Positions 30,522 through 41,900 of a DNA stretch of 64,000 nt are shown here, in pieces. The first letter of the stretch is position 1. The number at the start of each line of letters is the position of its first letter. The notes under the pieces were generated by a model. The model had not been told where the DNA came from. It did not search any database and worked only from the letters and a program-made list of their open reading frames with translations. The position numbers and the translations under genes were made by a program. This stretch comes from an uncultured bacterium (GTDB taxonomy: Bacteria > Hydrothermota > UBA3073 > NMUJ01 > CBEVQO01): the NCBI GenBank assembly GCA_965552055.1, contig CBEVQO010000007.1, positions 32,001-96,000 on the forward strand, in the 5' to 3' direction.

Positions 30522-32206
30522 ACCTTCACTCCTTTTGCCCAGCGTCTTATGGCATCCATAAGTAAAATCACACCTTCTGCTACATTAAACTCATCCTTAT
30601 TTTTATCTATCACCCTCACAAGGTCATCAAAACTTATAAATTCATCGTCCTTAAAATGTTTAAGCAATGCCCTGAATTCTTCATCTTGAATTTTCTCTTT
30701 CAGTTCACTAACTTTATACTTCTCAGAAACTGCAAATCTTCTTTCTCTTTCGAAAATAAATTTTAAAAGTGCCTTTGCTCTTTCTTCATAAGTATGATAT
30801 TTCAAAACTTTTTCCCTCGCCTTTAGCGCTATTTCTTCCCTCTCTGCATCTGCCTTTAAATAATAATCTATTTTCTTTTTCAACTCCGATAATGTTTTAA
30901 AACTGACAATTTCGTCTTCTTCAAAAAATTCCCTCAAATATTTTCTTTCGTCCACAAGCTGGAATGCCCCACATGATGCTATTTCAAAAGTCCTCGGATT
31001 CAGATAATCGCCTTCGGGATTGATAACGGGATAAAATTTTGAAGAATGTAGATTCAGGTTAATCTTTGATGAAGAGTAAATTTTTACATATTCTTTATCT
31101 TCAATTCTTCCCCTTTTACCCAATATTTTTGCAAATTCCGGATACTCTTCCCAGCCTTCACCCCATACTTTGAAATTGTAAGAAAATAATTGACGAAATA
31201 CATTTACACGATTGAAATAAGGAGCACCTACAAAAGATATATCACTTCCGTAAAATTCTTTTTCTTTTTCATTCAAATCTAATTTTTTATGAATTTGTGG
31301 GTCTGCAGCGAGTGGCAGATAAAAATAATTTTTAACACCGATTGACTCTAACTCTTCAAAAAATTCATCCTTTTGTATTGTGAAAAAGTAATCGTATAAA
31401 GGAGCGACTTCTCTCCAGTATCCCATTGTTTTGTAATCTTCAACAAACCAGAAAGCAGTTGGCACTCCTTTCCTTCTGCATGCGGTCAGTGACTTTACTC
31501 CCAAAGGCGACTGCGCTACACCAAGAACAAGGTCTGGCTGAAAACTATCGATCTTCAAAATGATAACTTCCTCACAAAAATTCAAAAATAAATTCTGAGC
31601 TTTCCTTTGCAAAACAGAATCTTCAAATTTTGTCTCAATGTCGTCAAAAATATTCTTAAAAATGGAATTATCAAAAATTTCAACATTATGACCAAGTTTT
31701 TTCAATGCATTTGCAAGATAATAAGCAATTGGCAATGAGCCACCATAAATGGGGGTGATAACCAAAATTTTTAAAATCAATTCTTTGTTTCTTAAATAAT
31801 TTTGATGCAGTTTAAATTTTTCGAAATAATTGTGAAAAATTTTTACTTCGGCTGGAAGTTCAAAAATTTTTCCATGTAAAAGCGGAATTTTTTCTGCATC
31901 ATCAGAAATTATTTCAATTTTTTTCAGTAAATCTTCTATATTCCTTTCTTTTCTGGCAAGTTCTACTATTTCTCTTTCGGGCTCAATGACTGTGATTTTC
32001 TCTGGCTTTTTCTCCAGTAATTTTTCAATGTGATAACCAAATCCAAATCCCAGAACTATCACTCTATCACCTTCTTTTATATTGTGATGTTTCAAAAGTA
32101 ATTCAGCTTCCTTGTAAGGGTCGGTTAAACTGTGTAATGCAATTCCCTTTACTCTTGGGATAGGAAGACCTTTTATAGTTTTCGTTATTTCTATAAACTT
32201 CCCCAC
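30518..32206 (-). CDS. CgeB-like glycosyltransferase with Maf-like N-terminal region
   Basis: LHSLTDPYKEA and GFGFGYH N-terminus; SKINLNLH, NPRTFEIASCG, HTYEERA. Confidence 0.8.
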   Translation of the reverse strand: MGKFIEITKTIKGLPIPRVKGIALHSLTDPYKEAELLLKHHNIKEGDRVIVLGFGFGYHIEKLLEKKPEKITVIEPEREIVELARKERNIEDLLKKIEIISDDAEKIPLLHGKIFELPAEVKIFHNYFEKFKLHQNYLRNKELILKILVITPIYGGSLPIAYYLANALKKLGHNVEIFDNSIFKNIFDDIETKFEDSVLQRKAQNLFLNFCEEVIILKIDSFQPDLVLGVAQSPLGVKSLTACRRKGVPTAFWFVEDYKTMGYWREVAPLYDYFFTIQKDEFFEELESIGVKNYFYLPLAADPQIHKKLDLNEKEKEFYGSDISFVGAPYFNRVNVFRQLFSYNFKVWGEGWEEYPEFAKILGKRGRIEDKEYVKIYSSSKINLNLHSSKFYPVINPEGDYLNPRTFEIASCGAFQLVDERKYLREFFEEDEIVSFKTLSELKKKIDYYLKADAEREEIALKAREKVLKYHTYEERAKALLKFIFERERRFAVSEKYKVSELKEKIQDEEFRALLKHFKDDEFISFDDLVRVIDKNKDEFNVAEGVILLMDAIRRWAKGVKV

Positions 32207-32265
32207 CCTTCATTTTTTAGCAAGTTTTATATCTTTTCATATTAAATTTTAATGAGAATAAATAA

Positions 32266-33690
32266 TCATTCTCTGCTTTCTAAAAGTTGTACGGTTTTTC
32301 CATTTTCCATCACAAAGACAGTAATGTTACCTATTGGCATTTTCACCACCTTTTTAATATCATGCAAGTGTAAAATTTTCTGACATTCATTTTCAAGATT
32401 TTCACGATGCTTCCTTATCCTTTTTATAAGATTATTTACTTCTTCCTCTTCCCAGTAATATCCTTTCCATACTTCCAGTGATTTCAAAATCTCGTTTAAA
32501 TACCAAATAAATCGATGCGCTACTGTATAATAGCCGGCTTCCTCACTAAATTGTTTTTCTATCTCCTTAGAATGTAATTTTATAATCAATAGCCCTTCTT
32601 TTATCATGTTAAGATTCTGCTTAACATCTTTGCCAATTATATTTATGCACTTCTCCATAAATTCCTCGTCCGTTAGCTTACCATAATATCGCTGGAAAAA
32701 CTCATTTTTATTTTTTTCACTCAATTCCCTTCGATTACACATTTTCTCCTTTATTTCCTCTATCTCAGGAGCAGAGATGCTTTTTAATATATTTTCACAG
32801 CACTCGGACAAATCCTTTAGCCATTCGAGAGATATAAACATAAAGTTATTTATCATCTTATATTGCTTTCCTTTATCTTCTTTATCTTCAATTTTTCGTA
32901 ATATAAATTCGCAATATGCTATCATATCATCAATGGATATCTCAATTGCTTCAGCCAAAGATATTTTCTTTCCATATCCAGATGAAATCGGGATTTTCTC
33001 TTCCTTCAACTTATAGACAGTTACGCCATTAAAAAGATTTACCACTTTACATATGCCTGCTGAACGAAGAATTTCCCCACATTTCTTTACAAGGATTTTA
33101 TAATCTTTTTCCATTTTTCTTTCAAGGTTCTTTACTTCTCTTTCCTCCCAGAAATTTCCTTTCCACACATTTAATGTTTTTAAAAGGTCATCCAGATACC
33201 CTGCAAATGCATGCATCGTGGCGTAATTCTTCGAAAGTCCACAGGATATCTTTGATAGTTGATCAGAATAAGACTTTAATGTCAATAAACCTTCTCTCAA
33301 TACATCCATATTTTGTCTCACCTCTTTACCGATTGTTTCAATAAACTTTTCTCTATATTCTTCATCGTTCATCTTTCTTTCACAAAGTTTCACTCGCATA
33401 TCTATTTTTTCTTTCATTTTTCCCAATTCGGAGATGCCCAGCAGTGAAAGTCTCCAGCAATGAAAAGATGTAATTTTTAGTAAACTTAATGAAATATATA
33501 AATAACAGGATATAAAGTCATATTGTTTTTCTTTGTCTTTTATATTTTCTATTTTTTGTGAAATGAAGTCACAATACGCTATCATGTCATCAATTGCGTT
33601 CTCCAGTGCCTGAGCGGAAGTAAGTTTACTTTTACATCCCATTAACCCAATCACAGATGAAATGAAAATCACAAATAAAAACTTTTTCAT
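32266..33690 (-). CDS. Hypothetical lipoprotein with two-fold internal duplication
   Basis: Lipobox LMGC; IDDMIAYC.FI..KIE and L.VWKG..WEE.EV.NL each occur twice. Confidence 0.7.
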   Translation of the reverse strand: MKKFLFVIFISSVIGLMGCKSKLTSAQALENAIDDMIAYCDFISQKIENIKDKEKQYDFISCYLYISLSLLKITSFHCWRLSLLGISELGKMKEKIDMRVKLCERKMNDEEYREKFIETIGKEVRQNMDVLREGLLTLKSYSDQLSKISCGLSKNYATMHAFAGYLDDLLKTLNVWKGNFWEEREVKNLERKMEKDYKILVKKCGEILRSAGICKVVNLFNGVTVYKLKEEKIPISSGYGKKISLAEAIEISIDDMIAYCEFILRKIEDKEDKGKQYKMINNFMFISLEWLKDLSECCENILKSISAPEIEEIKEKMCNRRELSEKNKNEFFQRYYGKLTDEEFMEKCINIIGKDVKQNLNMIKEGLLIIKLHSKEIEKQFSEEAGYYTVAHRFIWYLNEILKSLEVWKGYYWEEEEVNNLIKRIRKHRENLENECQKILHLHDIKKVVKMPIGNITVFVMENGKTVQLLESRE

Positions 33691-33715
33691 TTCACTCTCC
33701 TATTTTCCACATCAA

Positions 33716-33742
33716 ATTTTAATGAAAATATAAATTCGTCAA
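33716..33742 (-). promoter_or_regulatory. Promoter TTGACG-N15-TAAAAT
   Basis: -35 at 33742-33737, -10 at 33721-33716. Confidence 0.55.
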
Positions 33743-34935
33743 TAAAAAATTTCTTTGAAGGTCTGGAGCAAACGAGGAAGTGCAGAAGGCACCCTTATAA
33801 GGTATTCGCAGATTATCCTGATATCTGGATGGGATGTAAGGGCTTTCATCGCCTCTAAAAATTTCCCTTCACAATTAATAAGCACTTCCTTTAAAATTTT
33901 AAATCCTCCCTGTAATTTGAATTTCCCGCATTTATAATCTGGATTGAAAAATTTACGCCAGAACTCAAGCCACAAATCCTTTTCACCATAATACACACCA
34001 TATTCATCTAAATGCGCAACTAACTTTTCAAAATTTTTAACATCTTTTCCTTTTATCGCATTCAAAACATCAGCTGGATTTAAAATTTGCTTACATAATT
34101 CACAATCAAAACTCTCTTCACAGGGATAACAGGGTAAATTCTTAATTTTTAAAACTATCGCTTTCTCTGTATAGGGACCAGTTTCATAAGGATTCGCTGA
34201 ACCAAAAAATATACAAATTAATTTTTTACCTAAATAAGAAGCAAGATGCATTAAGCCTGTATCCGGTGATATTACCCATTCACATTCCTTCATTATCTCA
34301 ACAACCTCTTCTAATTTTGTCTTCCCCACAAAGTTTTTTAAGTTATTATCATCCTTGAAATTATAAATTTGAGATTTTCTGCCAAATAGATAAACTTTAA
34401 ATCCTTCTCTTACCAAAATTTTTATTAAATTTTTCACAAAAGCTGGTGGTAAATCTCGCTTTCTATGTCCTGCATCACAAACAATGCCACAAATACTGCT
34501 TTGAACCGAATCGCTGCAAACTTCAAATCTTCCCTTAATTCCAAAAGAATATCTGTAAACATCTGCTAGATTTATTCGCGCATATCTGCGATAAATTGCC
34601 TGGGAAATCACAAAATTATAATCATAAATTTCAAAATCACAGGATAGGATTTTTCCAAGAATAAAAGACTCTGGAAGATAATTAAGTGAATAAATTTTTT
34701 CAACTTCTCTGTGAAATTTTTTTATCTCAGTGCTTATTTTCTTAAAATCTTCTGCAAAATTTTTAAGATTATAAGGAACTGGTAATATTTCTTTTGCTAT
34801 TTTCATCTTCTTTACAAAATCGGAAAAAATTTCATTGCAGATTAAAAGAACTTTTTCTTTCTTTTCAAAGTGTTTAATAACAGGCAAAGATTGTAATATA
34901 TCTCCTATTCGTGCAAGCTGTATTATGCCTATCAC
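33739..34935 (-). CDS. Glycosyltransferase family 9
   Basis: ARIGDI, SPDTGLMHLA, ETGPY, CYPC. Confidence 0.8.
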   Translation of the reverse strand: MIGIIQLARIGDILQSLPVIKHFEKKEKVLLICNEIFSDFVKKMKIAKEILPVPYNLKNFAEDFKKISTEIKKFHREVEKIYSLNYLPESFILGKILSCDFEIYDYNFVISQAIYRRYARINLADVYRYSFGIKGRFEVCSDSVQSSICGIVCDAGHRKRDLPPAFVKNLIKILVREGFKVYLFGRKSQIYNFKDDNNLKNFVGKTKLEEVVEIMKECEWVISPDTGLMHLASYLGKKLICIFFGSANPYETGPYTEKAIVLKIKNLPCYPCEESFDCELCKQILNPADVLNAIKGKDVKNFEKLVAHLDEYGVYYGEKDLWLEFWRKFFNPDYKCGKFKLQGGFKILKEVLINCEGKFLEAMKALTSHPDIRIICEYLIRVPSALPRLLQTFKEIFY

Positions 34936-34962
34936 ACTTAAATTTTAACAATTTTTATAACA

Positions 34963-36033
34963 TTATTCCGGAAACAAACTGGGAATTTTTGGTTTTTTCT
35001 CAAGATGTGATAATCTAACACCAAGCAATCTAACTTTTTTCTTCAAATTTTTATAAAAGTCGGTAAATAGTGATTTTATTTCCTGCCAGATAACATTATA
35101 AGAATCTGTGTAAAATGGCAATGTCCTTTGACGGGTATGGGTGACAAAATCTTCTAACCTTATTTTCACACCCACATTTTTACAAAAATATCCATTTTCT
35201 TTTAACACAGAATACACTTCTTTTGTCAATTCTTCCAGTGTTTTAATCAATATCTCAAAATCACTCTGGTCATATCTGAAGGTAATCTCCCTGCTAAAAG
35301 ATTTGGGCTCTTTACGCTCTTCCACTTCCTCACTCCCTATCCCCCGGGATAATAAATAAAGAGAATAGCCCCATTTGCCAAAAGTATCCAACAATTTTTT
35401 CAAAGGTGTTTCTCTCAAATCTTTAATCGTATAAATTCCCATTGAATTTAAAATTTTTTCTGTCTTTTCCCCAACTCCTATTATTTTACGCACAGGTAAA
35501 GGGTCAAGAAAATGCTGAACATCTTCTGGCTTTACAACCGTCAACCCGTCTGGCTTCTGCACATCAGATGCTAACTTTGCGATAAATTTATTGGGACCTA
35601 TACCAACGGAACATGTCAAATCTTCTTTTCTCTTTATCTCTGCTTTTAATTCTTTTGCAATATCAACTGCTTTATCGAAACTTCCTGCTCTCTGAGTAAC
35701 ATCAAGGAAAGCTTCATCGATACTAACCTGCTCAAATTTATCTCCGTATTTTTTTATTATCGTCATTACCTTTTTTGATACTTCTTTGTAAAGTTTCATG
35801 TTTACAGGTAAAAATACGGCATGCGGACATAGTTTATATGCTTTTGAAATGGGCATCGCTGACCTAATTCCATATTTCCTTGCCTCGTAAGAACATGTGC
35901 TGACAACACCTCGCCCCCTGCCTCCTTCTGGGTCTGCACCCACAACAACGGGTTTACCCCGCAATGATGGATTCTCCCTTATCTCAACAGATGCAAAAAA
36001 CGCATCCATATCAATATGAAGGATTATTTTCAC
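34963..36033 (-). CDS. dinB: DNA polymerase IV (Y family)
   Basis: HIDMDAFFASVE, SYEAR.YG, SIDEAFLD, KPDG. Confidence 0.95.
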   Translation of the reverse strand: MKIILHIDMDAFFASVEIRENPSLRGKPVVVGADPEGGRGRGVVSTCSYEARKYGIRSAMPISKAYKLCPHAVFLPVNMKLYKEVSKKVMTIIKKYGDKFEQVSIDEAFLDVTQRAGSFDKAVDIAKELKAEIKRKEDLTCSVGIGPNKFIAKLASDVQKPDGLTVVKPEDVQHFLDPLPVRKIIGVGEKTEKILNSMGIYTIKDLRETPLKKLLDTFGKWGYSLYLLSRGIGSEEVEERKEPKSFSREITFRYDQSDFEILIKTLEELTKEVYSVLKENGYFCKNVGVKIRLEDFVTHTRQRTLPFYTDSYNVIWQEIKSLFTDFYKNLKKKVRLLGVRLSHLEKKPKIPSLFPE

Positions 36034-36076
36034 ATGTTATTTATATCCCAAAAAATTAAAATATCAAGCTTTTTGC

Positions 36077-36103
36077 TTGACAAAATTAATTGCCGATTAA
36101 ATT
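36077..36103 (+). promoter_or_regulatory. Promoter TTGACA-N15-TAAATT
   Basis: ATG at 36109 five nt after the -10. Confidence 0.6.
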
Positions 36104-36108
36104 TAAAG

Positions 36109-37296
36109 ATGAAATTAGAATTAGAAAAAGTAGAGATTAAAAATTTCCGAAGCATTAAACATGCTATAATCCCTTTAAACTCTTTCAACATTTTCGCAGG
36201 AATAAACGGAAGCGGTAAAAGTAATTTTATTAAAGCAATAGAAGTAGTAATTCAAAGGGTAGAAATTAGATATCCCGAATTAGTTAAATTAATCTTTCTT
36301 TTACCAGAATTCCCTTGGTCTTTAAATAAAAATATTGTTTACTCAAATCCATATCCTTTCCCTTTTGAAAAAGAAAATGATACAGAAATTAAATTGTATT
36401 TTAAAGAAGGATACATTCACACTGTTTTTCGATATAAAAAAGAAAGTATAATCCGTGAAGATACTGTCAAATTACCCGGTTGGGAAATTAAGAAGGATTC
36501 TAAATTTATAGAAGTAAATGGGCAAAGGTTCTCGCTTAAAGAAGGGGAAGTTCTTCTTTCGCCCTTTAATTTTCAAATAACACAAGATTTAAAGAAACAG
36601 ATAGAGAATAGCATAAAATTTATAGACCCTCAAGATAAATTAAACAAAATTTTATGGATACCAAAATCTTTTTTAAACAAGTTAAAACAGAGCAAAAATC
36701 CAAGATTGACAATAAAGAACGCAATCAAAATGAAAAAAATTGATAGAGATACAGGATTACTTCTTTTATTCTTTACCAATAAAGAATTAAGAGAAAACTT
36801 GTTAAGCATTTTTAGGGAAGCTTTTACTTACACAAAAATCTCGAGGATGAGTTTAAAATCTCCTTCTTTTTTCTCTGTTTCATTATCAAAGGAAGAAGAA
36901 AAATTTTATGAAATAATTTTTGTTGAGGAATTTATGGATAGAGAAGTTCCTATATCTTTGATGGATTTACCCGATGGTGTCAAAACTTTTCTAACTATAT
37001 GGCTGGAAATACTGGATTGTCCAAAAAATGCAACTCTCATGATAGAAGAGCCAGAGAATCGCTTACATGTAACGGCTATTCGTAAGCTCGCAGATTTGCT
37101 CATTGAATACGCTGAAAAGAAAAATCTAAAGTTTATAATAACCACTCATTCACCAGATTTTGTAAGAAGATTTTTACCGCAGGATATAATAAGGGTTACT
37201 CGTGATGTATGCGGAGCATCTCATTTTCATAGAATAACAGACGATGAAGCATTATCTCAAACAATAGAGAGCTTAGCCGAGATGCCATCCGAATGA
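36109..37296 (+). CDS. ABC/AAA_21-type ATPase (start moved from 36016 to 36109)
   Basis: IKNFRSI, Walker A GINGSGKS, signature LPDG, Walker B IEEPE, H-loop TTHS. Confidence 0.85.
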   Translation: MKLELEKVEIKNFRSIKHAIIPLNSFNIFAGINGSGKSNFIKAIEVVIQRVEIRYPELVKLIFLLPEFPWSLNKNIVYSNPYPFPFEKENDTEIKLYFKEGYIHTVFRYKKESIIREDTVKLPGWEIKKDSKFIEVNGQRFSLKEGEVLLSPFNFQITQDLKKQIENSIKFIDPQDKLNKILWIPKSFLNKLKQSKNPRLTIKNAIKMKKIDRDTGLLLLFFTNKELRENLLSIFREAFTYTKISRMSLKSPSFFSVSLSKEEEKFYEIIFVEEFMDREVPISLMDLPDGVKTFLTIWLEILDCPKNATLMIEEPENRLHVTAIRKLADLLIEYAEKKNLKFIITTHSPDFVRRFLPQDIIRVTRDVCGASHFHRITDDEALSQTIESLAEMPSE

Positions 37297-37904
37297 AAGT
37301 TATCTTTTGCGAAGGTACAGATGACGAAATTTTTCTTAAACGATTTGCAAATTTTCTAAATATTCCTCTCTCAAACTTTTATATAAAGCCATTATCGGGT
37401 TCTGTTGGAGAGGAAGTTCCTTTAAGAATATTAAAAGACAAATTAAGAGAAGGACACATTCATAAAATGGAAAAGATAATCTTTTTCCTTGATAACGACC
37501 ATAATTATTTTACCGAATATAAGAGTAAATCAGTTTTCAATTTAATAAGAAGTGAATTCTCAATCCCAGTTATTTTTATAAAAATTTGCCCTTCGAGAGA
37601 TATTTTCTATTTTTACAATGAACAGATTACTTCTTTGCTTTATGGTAAAAAAGCATGGCAGGATGTAAAAAATTTAATTAGTAAAAAGAAAGCCAAAGAA
37701 ATAAGGAATATTTTAAAAGCAAAATATAAAGCGAAGATACAAAATATATTAAATCCACAAAGTAAGCGAAGTAAATTTAGGACATTTTACTCAAAAATTG
37801 AAAAACATTTCACACCTATTGCTGAAGTTATGAAATGCAAAAAGATAGAGCTTAACCTTCAAATCAAAGTGGGATTTGCTCAAATAGAGATAATTTCTTA
37901 TTAA
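37293..37904 (+). CDS. TOPRIM-like partner protein
   Basis: IFCEGTDD and FLDND (E and DxD); overlaps the ATPase stop (ATGA). Confidence 0.6.
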   Translation: MKVIFCEGTDDEIFLKRFANFLNIPLSNFYIKPLSGSVGEEVPLRILKDKLREGHIHKMEKIIFFLDNDHNYFTEYKSKSVFNLIRSEFSIPVIFIKICPSRDIFYFYNEQITSLLYGKKAWQDVKNLISKKKAKEIRNILKAKYKAKIQNILNPQSKRSKFRTFYSKIEKHFTPIAEVMKCKKIELNLQIKVGFAQIEIISY

Positions 37905-38935
37905 AAGATTTTAACATCTATTTCGCCTCTTTCGCCTTCTTTCCCTTTTATCTTTATTTCTACATCTTTAAACTTTTTTATTACCCATATATTTGTGAGT
38001 AGATGCAAGGTTATTTCGGATGTCGTAAATCTGAATTCTCCCTTACCGAGTGTTAAAAAGTTTATTATCTGATCGGCAAGATGTTTATCAAGCGCTCCTC
38101 CTCTTTTTTCATGTTTCAAAAATTCTTCCGTTGCTTCCTCGCCTACTTTTTCTGCGGGCTTGCCAGGTGCACCGAGTGAGGAAAATCCACATATACTGTT
38201 CTCGTATTCCGCAACAAGAAAGAAAAATGTACCTTTACTTAAACCTTTAACTTCCCATATTTCAATCTCTGGTGAATATCTTCTTAAAAGATTATAAGAT
38301 GCCTTTCTCTGGCGTTCTGCAATATGCCGCGGCAAATCACACACCACAGATATGCCCCATAATTTTTGTAATCTTCCTCTTTCTGTGAAATCGCAATTTT
38401 TAATTTCTTCTACAGGATTTATCTTTATATAAATTTCGCCTCCACCACGCGGATAAAAGCCCCATTTTTTGAGTTTACTCTCAATTTTTATACCAAGTTT
38501 TTTAAGCATTGGAAACAGCACCCATTCGAGATAATGATAAGGTGGACTCCATTCGGTATGTGTCCCTCCTTTAAGAATTATTTCCGAAACATTTTTTGCT
38601 TTGAGGAGTGGCACCATTATTGCCTGTAACACAAGCGCAGTTGAGCCAGCACTACCCCTTTCTTCTGCCACATCAAATATAAATTTGCCAGATTTTAAAG
38701 TTCTTGGACGAAATTCAAGTTCTGTACTACCATATTCTGCACCCTTTACATCTGCATCGGATATTTCTCTTGCCGCCTTCACAGAAGTTAAATGCTGTTG
38801 CATCAAACCGGGTTTTTTACGACCTTTCCTGATGTTATAAATATGAAATGCCTTACCTGTTATGCAACTCATACAAAGGGATGACCTTAAAATTTGACCA
38901 CCGCCTTCGCCATAACTACCATCAATTACTATCAT
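37901..38935 (-). CDS. rtcA: RNA 3'-terminal phosphate cyclase
   Basis: DGSYGEGGGQILR, GFYPRGGG, HLADQ. Confidence 0.95.
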   Translation of the reverse strand: MIVIDGSYGEGGGQILRSSLCMSCITGKAFHIYNIRKGRKKPGLMQQHLTSVKAAREISDADVKGAEYGSTELEFRPRTLKSGKFIFDVAEERGSAGSTALVLQAIMVPLLKAKNVSEIILKGGTHTEWSPPYHYLEWVLFPMLKKLGIKIESKLKKWGFYPRGGGEIYIKINPVEEIKNCDFTERGRLQKLWGISVVCDLPRHIAERQRKASYNLLRRYSPEIEIWEVKGLSKGTFFFLVAEYENSICGFSSLGAPGKPAEKVGEEATEEFLKHEKRGGALDKHLADQIINFLTLGKGEFRFTTSEITLHLLTNIWVIKKFKDVEIKIKGKEGERGEIDVKIF

Positions 38936-41900
38936 TATCTTACTATTATTATCTTATCGCAGTAATCAAAAGATTTTATTCTCACAAAATATACCCCAGA
39001 TTTTAATTGTGCTTTTTCTCTAAAGTGATTCTTGCCTTCTTTTAATTTCATATAAAAAGCTTTTTGTAATCTACCTGCTACATCATAAATCTCAACTTTA
39101 ACATTTTGACTTTCCGGTGTCTCAAAATAAAAATTAAGGATACTTTTTGATGGATTTGGATATATGTGAATCCTTCTCAATTTTTCAACTTGCTCTTTTT
39201 CTTTAATGGTATCACCTATGAGATACATAAGTTTAACATCATCCACAAAAAATCCAGTACTTACTTCACTATCTCCATCTGCTACAAATCTAAATCTCAA
39301 TTGCAAGGTTTCTCCTTCAAACTCACTTATATCATACTCCGCATAGCACCAGTCATGACCCATGGTAAGTGAATCAAGAGCACCACCTGTTCCTGTGTAA
39401 TCAAGGGTTGCAAAAGGCAAAGAGTCATCCTTCACAAGTTCAACATACATTCCATCGCACCCATAAATCGGCACATCAAACTTGTACCAGAAACCAATTT
39501 TTGAATCCTTTGTCACGATAAAAGAAGGAGATACAAGAGAGGCATCCATATTGTCTCTGTATTCCTGCGTTACTTCATCACCACAATAATAGCTGTAAGA
39601 ACCTGAATGAGATGATAAATTTGTCCTGTGCCACAAACAATTTTTGCCATAAACCTTCCATTCAACAGTATCTTCAAAATCATAAACTTTTATCCTATCC
39701 CCAACAAATATGTAAAAGGTAATTGTGTCAATTTCGCATCTTACAAAAGAATGCAAACGCCAGGGAGGAGAACCCGTTTTATCCACCCATACAGACAATG
39801 TGCAGATTTGATAAGGTAATAATTTTACGATTAAATCATGTGGCGAAACATTCGCATCGGATACACTTATTTCTAATGTGTCAAAAAGCGTATCAAGCCC
39901 TTTATTGCTTATCACCACATATAAAGAGCCAGAATAATCAGGAGTGATTCTTTCATTCAGATAATCAACAAAATGCAAAATCGGTTTCTTACCCACATAT
40001 TTCAATACAAATTCTTGATTTAATTTATCAGAAGTCAACATCATCTTTATAAGATAAATCTTACCATTTTGAATTTGTGATAATAAAAATCTGATGGAAT
40101 CTGTTTTCGATTGACCTGATGGCAGAATTCCTATTTCTCTCAAGGTATCCAGTAGAATAATTGAATCTGCATAAAAATGACATTTCACATTTCGCAAAGT
40201 GTCTCCTTCATTCGAAAGGTTAAAGCGTATTTTAAATGTATCCCCTTCTTCTATCACATAATTTAAAGACACAAAATTTACCTGTTTTATGTATATTTTC
40301 TTCTGACAGGGAATATAATTTCTCTTCAGACATGTGACTATCAGAGTACCCGGCGAATATGTTGTGAAACTGAAAACTCCTGAACCAGATAATGTATCAA
40401 CGATATAAATTTCCGTATCCTTCAAAATACAAATTCTCACATTGTTTAAAGGCCTATTTTCCGAATCAGTCACCGCAATATTTAGAGTGATATCACCTTG
40501 CGGTATTGTATCCTGTGTTATAATTTGCATCCCTTTTGGTTTTTCTGTCCACACTTTCATTGCCGGGTCGCCAAATAAATTTATCTGAAATTGATGCCAC
40601 CTATAAACATTCGAATCATGTGATAAAGGAACATAATAAGATTTGGCAAAAGATAGCACATCACCTATTCTTTCAACAGAATCTTTGAAAATTTCATAAA
40701 AAATCCTTTTGTCAAACTTGTCAGAATATCCATAGCCGGGATTACCGGGAGAACCCCATCCATACCTTGAATTCGCAATAAAAGCAACAGCTCCGCCTTT
40801 ACTTGTCTTTGTATAACATTCGGCAATAGAAACATAATCAAGCGCCCCAACCCAGCATCCAATCGACACCCACACAACAGGCATATCAGAATTTGTAAAA
40901 GATAAGGTATCTCCATTGAATAAATAATCTTCACCTATACACATTATATACCACCAGCCATGTCCATCGTGATTTACAAAATTCTTACCGGAATTTATAG
41001 ATGAAAAGAAATGTGCAGAATCTTCATTACCATAAGATTGATATAGTTTATCAATCTCAAAATAAGGTGGTAAAATTTCACAAATCATATCTTTGCCTAT
41101 CCCTGCATCGGTGTAAGGTTCATACCACAAAATTTCACCCAACATCAATGCTTTATTTTTTGAAGATTTGTGCGGATACTTTTCATATTTCAGGATTTTA
41201 TTCACAAAAGTAACAGCTTCCGAATAGTTCCTTACCGGAGCCCTTCCGATACTCAAATCAGGATACAAATCAACGCTATCTTCTACCTCACCAAAAACAC
41301 CATCTCCATCTCTATCCCAATCGCCATCAAGGTCAGCATAGTAAAGGTCACAGGGAATATCATTTTCGTTTGGCATAATGCCTGCCTGACAATCAAAAGC
41401 ATAAGCATACCTTACAGGGATAATGGGATGCGCACCACCCAGCAAAACATATTTTACACCGGAATCTTTAACTGCTTTTAAGTAATTCCTTATCTTTTCC
41501 TGCAAATCCCTTCCATGATAATTTTCCTCAATCCACTCAACGGTACGCAAAGCACAACGAAAACCCTCTTCCTCCCTCCACTTCAACAAAGGCAAAAAAG
41601 CAAAAGATAAACTATCACTCGTTATAATAAGATAATCAATCGAATTCAAAGTTTTATTTTTTGACTTTTTAGTCAAAATTTCGAATTTAAGGTCAGATAT
41701 TTTTATTAAGGTGGATTTTCTGGGGTTGTATTGCACAGGATACAGTTTCAGTAGCAGGTAATTCACATTTTTGATTTTTGCTTTCTCGTATTCGTAGATT
41801 TTCCCGGGATACAGGGTATCTTTTTCGTATATTTTTGCTTTTTTCACTTTTTTTGGTTTCAATTTTAAAATTACCTGTGGAGTTACGGGAGGAATTTCAC

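Noticed and set aside
32211..32240. Sigma-54-like element (minus strand AGATATAAAACTTGCT)
   Set aside because: The -12 TTGC is present but the invariant -24 GG is missing.
36016..36108. N-terminal extension of the ATPase in the ORF track
   Set aside because: Overlaps the dinB start and contains the promoter; ATG 36109 matches the family N-terminus.
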